From Myxococcota bacterium (GTDB lineage Bacteria; Myxococcota_A; UBA9160; UBA6930), in contig OZ245002.1 of assembly GCA_965223415.1 (NCBI GenBank), forward strand, positions 3,808,001 to 3,872,000: a stretch of 64,000 nt of DNA. Reading direction: 5' to 3'. Positions 58,636 to 64,000 of this stretch are shown here, piece by piece. Made by a program: the position numbers and the translations under genes. The stretch's first letter is position 1. Every line of letters starts with the position of its first letter. The notes under the pieces were generated by a model, which made no database searches, was not told the DNA's origin, and worked only from the letters and a program-made list of their open reading frames with translations.

Positions 58636-60431
58636 CGCCCGCGCCCCCGGAACGGCTCGAGCGTCTCCTCCCACGGAGGGCGCGGCGCCTCCAGACAGGC
58701 GAGCAGGTCGGAGCCTTCCATCGGCTTGCCGAGCAGGTAGCCCTGCACCCGATGGCAGCCGAGGGCCACCAGCTGCTCCACGTCCACCAGCTGCTCGACG
58801 CCCTCGGCCAGAGGAGAGATGCCGAGGCCCGCCGCCATGTGGATCAGGCTGTTCACGATCACCTGGGTGGTGGGATCGGAGGCGAGGGTGGAGACGAAGG
58901 AGCGGTCGATCTTCAGGGTGTCGACCCGGAGCTTCTGGAGCAGGGTGAGGGACGAGTAGCCGGTGCCGAAGTCGTCGAGCGCGACGCGAATGCCAAGGGC
59001 GCGAAGGGCGCGGAGGTTCGTGCGCACGAGGTCGCCCTCGCTGAGGGCGGTCGACTCGGTGATCTCGATCTCGAGGGCGCCGGCGCCCACCCGGTGCTCG
59101 GCCAGGAACGCCGAGACCTCGTCGGCGAAGCCGACCCGCGAGAGCTGCTGGGCCGAGGCGTTGACGGAGATGCGCATGTGGTCGTGGCCGCGCTCCGCCC
59201 AGCGCTGCTGCTCGCGCAACGCCCGGTCCAGCACCCAGGCCCCGATCGGGCCCATCAGCCCCGCTTCCTCGGCGATGGGGATGAACTCCGCGGGAGACAC
59301 CATGCCGCGGGTCGGGTGACGCCAGCGCACCAGAGCCTCTGCACCCAACGCGTCTCCCAGCAGGACGTCGATCTGCGGCTGGTAGTGGAGCACGAGCTGG
59401 TCCTTCTCCAGCGCCTCCCGCAGGCCCCGCACCAGCTCGGCGCGCTCGGCCACCTCGTCGTTCAGGCCGGAGCGGTAGAAGAGGTAGCGGTTCCGCCCCT
59501 CGGCCTTGGCCTCGTACATGGCGATGTCGGCGCGGCGGACCAGCTCGTCCGCGTGCTCCGCGTCGCTCGGCGCCACGGCGATGCCGATGCTCGCCGTGAG
59601 CCACTGGTCGGTGCCCTCGATGCGGAAGGGCCTGGCGAGTGTCTCGAGCACCTTCTCCGCCACCCGACCCGGAACGTGGTGATCCGTGAAGTCGGTGATC
59701 ATCACGATGAATTCGTCGCCGCCCAATCGGGTGATCGCGTCGCTGCGGCGGCTCGTGTCGAGCAGGCGTTTCGCCGCCTGCTTGAGGAGCTCGTCACCGG
59801 CCCGGTGCCCCAGGGTGTCGTTCACCCTCTTGAAGCCGTCGAGGTCCAGGAAGAGCACGGCCAGCTTGGTGCCCCGGCGATGGGCGCCGGCGAGCATCCG
59901 CCCGAGGTACTCGTCGAGCCAATGGCGGTTCGGCAGGCCCGTCAACACGTCGTGGGTCGCCATGTGGTGCTCGCGGCGACGGGCTTCGAGCAGCTGGGCG
60001 CGCAGGCAGTGGCGCTCGAGGGCGTGTCGCGCGGTGCGCACGAGCTCACGGGGCTCGATCTCCTGCTTGCAGACATAGTCCTGGGCGCCGTAGCGCAGGG
60101 CCGCGAGCGCCAGCTCCTCGTGGGCGCGCTCCGCGATCACCACCACCGGCAACACCCGCAGCACCTCCTTGGTGCAGGCGAGCCCCTCTTCCCCCGTACC
60201 CTGCGAGAGGCTCAGGTCGACGAGGGCCAGGTCGAAGGCCTGGCGGCGGGCCAGGGAGAGCGCGGAGGCGGCGTCCACGACGTGGGTGATCGCGATGCCC
60301 GCGGCCTCTTCGCCGAGTGCCTGCCGCATCGCGCGCGCGGAGGCCTCGTCGTCCTCCACGAGCAGGACGCGGATCGGCAGCGCGGGGTCGAGCCGCACGT
60401 GGACGGCGTGCTGGGGAGCGTGGTCACCCAT
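58632..60431 (-). CDS. Response regulator-GGDEF-EAL protein (diguanylate cyclase/phosphodiesterase)
   Basis: REC (VLLVEDD, LVDLSL), GGDEF intact, EALVRW and DDFGTGYSS intact. Confidence 0.95.
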   Translation of the reverse strand: MGDHAPQHAVHVRLDPALPIRVLLVEDDEASARAMRQALGEEAAGIAITHVVDAASALSLARRQAFDLALVDLSLSQGTGEEGLACTKEVLRVLPVVVIAERAHEELALAALRYGAQDYVCKQEIEPRELVRTARHALERHCLRAQLLEARRREHHMATHDVLTGLPNRHWLDEYLGRMLAGAHRRGTKLAVLFLDLDGFKRVNDTLGHRAGDELLKQAAKRLLDTSRRSDAITRLGGDEFIVMITDFTDHHVPGRVAEKVLETLARPFRIEGTDQWLTASIGIAVAPSDAEHADELVRRADIAMYEAKAEGRNRYLFYRSGLNDEVAERAELVRGLREALEKDQLVLHYQPQIDVLLGDALGAEALVRWRHPTRGMVSPAEFIPIAEEAGLMGPIGAWVLDRALREQQRWAERGHDHMRISVNASAQQLSRVGFADEVSAFLAEHRVGAGALEIEITESTALSEGDLVRTNLRALRALGIRVALDDFGTGYSSLTLLQKLRVDTLKIDRSFVSTLASDPTTQVIVNSLIHMAAGLGISPLAEGVEQLVDVEQLVALGCHRVQGYLLGKPMEGSDLLACLEAPRPPWEETLEPFRGRGR

Positions 60432-60558
60432 ACGCCTTCGTGAGTCGGCCCCGCTCGCCTTCGAATTGAGGGCCGAGTGCCGCCCCCGGTGTCGCTTTCG
60501 GCCGATCTCCTGGATTCACCGGGGCGTCTCTGGGGCGGAGGCCCGAAGCGCCCGGGAC

Positions 60559-61161
60559 TCAGCCCGCGGAGAAGCCGGCGAGGTAGGGAAGCGCCCCGCC
60601 GGTCGTCTCGATGGCGTCGCCGGCCTCGAGAAGCACGCGGGTGGCATTCCAGCTGCCCTCGAGGAGCGCCTTGCGGGTGCCGTCGCGCACGCCGGCGGCG
60701 AGCGTGCCGCCCTTGTAGGTGACGCTGCGCGCCCGCAGGTCCACGACCAGCTCCTGGGAAGGGTCGAGCTCGACCGAGTCCATCAGCGCCGCCAGGTCCG
60801 CCTCCGCGAGGGTGACGCAAGGCAGGCCCAGGGCCGTGCAGTTGCCGGCGAAGATCTCGGCGAAGGAGGCGCCGACGAAGGCCCCGTAGCCGAAGCGCAT
60901 CAACGCCTGGGGAGCGTGCTCCCGCGAGGAGCCGCAGCCGAAGTTCTCGCCCACCACCAGGATGCGCGCGCCGGCGAAGCGCTCGTCGTCCAGGGGGTGG
61001 TCGCCCTTGGCCTGCTCGCGGTCGTCCTCGAAGGCGTGCTCGCCGAGCCCGTCGAAGGTGACGCAGCGCAGGAAGCGCGCCGGGATGATGCGATCGGTGT
61101 CGATGTCGCTGCCGCGGACGACGCAGGCGCGTCCCTCCACCCGTTCGATGGCGCTGGCCAT
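60559..61161 (-). CDS. leuD: 3-isopropylmalate dehydratase small subunit
   Basis: IDTDRIIPARFL, NFGCGSSREHAP, SFAEIF. Confidence 0.96.
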   Translation of the reverse strand: MASAIERVEGRACVVRGSDIDTDRIIPARFLRCVTFDGLGEHAFEDDREQAKGDHPLDDERFAGARILVVGENFGCGSSREHAPQALMRFGYGAFVGASFAEIFAGNCTALGLPCVTLAEADLAALMDSVELDPSQELVVDLRARSVTYKGGTLAAGVRDGTRKALLEGSWNATRVLLEAGDAIETTGGALPYLAGFSAG

Positions 61162-61163
61162 GG

Positions 61164-62566
<1,403 letters not shown>

Positions 62567-62570
<4 letters not shown>

Positions 62571-63442
62571 GGGGCCGGGGTTTTAGCAGAATCGGGCAGC
62601 CTGGGCTCCGCGGAAGGGGCGCAGCTCGCTTCTCCACGGTCGGCGAGCGCTCGGGCGTACGCCTCGCGGAGGCGCGTGACCGGGCTCTCGCGGCGGGTCC
62701 CCGCCTCGGGCCGGATCCAATTGCGGCGGATCTCGTCCCAGACGGCACGCAGGCCCAGCGGCCGGGCTCGCGGGTGGGTCTCCATCAGTCGGAGGGCCGG
62801 CGACCCGACCGGGTCCTCCGGCCTCGACACCACCAGCAGCGCCGAGAGCGCGCCGAGGTCTTCACTGCAGCGGCGATCGCCGCCCGCGCGCAGGCCGGCC
62901 TCCAAGGCGGTCATCAGCCGATCCGCCAGCGTCGGCCGGCAGCCGTCCGGCTCCGCGCGGAAGGCGGCCAGGGCGTCCTCGACCACCGCGCTTCGCCACA
63001 ACAGGTTCCCCTGGACGGCCACGCCGCGGTCCGCCCGCGCGCCCGCCCACCCGAAGGTCCACGCGCCCGTGTGCTGGGCCGGCGCGTCCTCGAAGCCGAG
63101 GCCGACGAGACCGTACTGGCGAAGGCGCACGGTCGGCACTCCGAACGTCGAGTCGAACTCAGGCGTCGCGACCCGGGCGAGGGCCTCCGAAGGGCTCCGG
63201 CCGTCGGTCAGGAGCGCCGCCAGGCGGTCCCTTCCCTCGACGTTGGCCAGGGCCTGCGCCACGACGACGCCGGTCGCCGGCACGAGCTTCACCGCGATGT
63301 CGACGCCGCCGATGCACGACGCGATCGCCGCGCCGACCTCCCGCGTCTCCGCATCTACCGCGACGATCGACCAGGTGGCATGGGCGGGCGCTGCTGGAAC
63401 TGCGAAGAGCGAGAGAGTGAGGGCCAGGAGCCTGCGCGACAT
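62567..63442 (-). CDS. DUF1028 (Ntn-hydrolase-like) secreted protein
   Basis: Signal peptide followed by [25 protein letters not shown]. Confidence 0.85.
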
Positions 63443-63530
63443 GTCACCTCCGCGGCGACGATAGCTCCGGAGCGGGGGCCGCCGGCTCCGCCGGCGGGCG
63501 CACGGCTCGGGAGTGCCTAGAGTGTGCGCG

Positions 63531-64000
63531 ATGGATCTCCTGTACACCGCGCACGTCCCGCCCGGCGAGGGCCCGTTCCCGACCATCCTGGCCCTGCACG
63601 GCTGGGGGGCCAACGCCCACGACCTGATCGGTCTGGCCCCGGTGCTCCACGGAGGCGGGGCCCTCGTGCTGAGCCCCCAGGGCCCGGTGGCCTTCGAGAT
63701 CGCCCAAGGCATGCTCGGCTTCGGCTGGTGGCCGATCACCGAAGACCGGGAGATCGACCCCGAGAGCTTCGAGGCCGCCAGCCAGGCCATCGAGCGCTTC
63801 CTCGACGCCGCGGCCGAGCGCTACCCGCTCGACCCGCGCAAGACGGTGCTGCTCGGCTTCAGCCAGGGTGGCGTGATGGCCTACGACCTGGTGCTGCGCC
63901 ACCCCGAGCGCTTCGCCGGGCTCGTGGCCCTCTCGAGCTGGCTGCCGGACCCGATCGAGCGGGCGGTGCCGTCCCAGCCCGCCCTCGAGAACTTCCCCGC
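63531..64000 (+). CDS. Phospholipase/carboxylesterase family hydrolase (partial, runs off the window end)
   Basis: Manual translation MDLLYTAHVP...LALHGWGANAHDL...LLGFSQGG...ALSSWLP. Confidence 0.88.
   Translation, partial: MDLLYTAHVPPGEGPFPTILALHGWGANAHDLIGLAPVLHGGGALVLSPQGPVAFEIAQGMLGFGWWPITEDREIDPESFEAASQAIERFLDAAAERYPLDPRKTVLLGFSQGGVMAYDLVLRHPERFAGLVALSSWLPDPIERAVPSQPALENFP

Overview
Gene-dense, very GC-rich bacterial chromosomal window with about 60 CDS. The gene content (PEP-CTERM proteins, sigma-54 promoters, DUF3604, many CoA-chemistry genes) suggests a Myxococcota/deltaproteobacteria-like organism, which is an inference. Housekeeping genes: copA (partial) and csoR with its operator, a WYL regulator, efp, etfAB, cysE, nadA, pntAA/AB/B, tupBC-like ABC genes, leuCD and several acyl-CoA enzymes. 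There is one intact IS5-family element (46619-47888, CTAG duplication). No rRNA, tRNA or CRISPR array was seen. Five highlights. (1) A dispersed, divergent ethylmalonyl-CoA-pathway-like gene set: ecm/meaA, meaB, pduO, a remote crotonyl-CoA carboxylase/reductase homologue with a Glu-to-Asp change in the CO2 pocket, a remote mesaconyl-CoA hydratase homologue, an atypical SucCD-like ligase with a ferredoxin, and transhydrogenase. (2) A set of REP/REPIN-like palindromes that supply the stop codons of neighbouring genes. They are flanked by a 100-200 nt halo in which the strand entering the element has almost no G at synonymous positions. (3) A ~520-bp intergenic region that is one giant imperfect inverted repeat. 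(4) PEP-CTERM genes with sigma-54 promoters and a paired GGAA-N6-TTCC candidate enhancer. (5) Several apparently leaderless genes. All protein family calls come from motif recognition by eye and recalled family sequences, not database searches.
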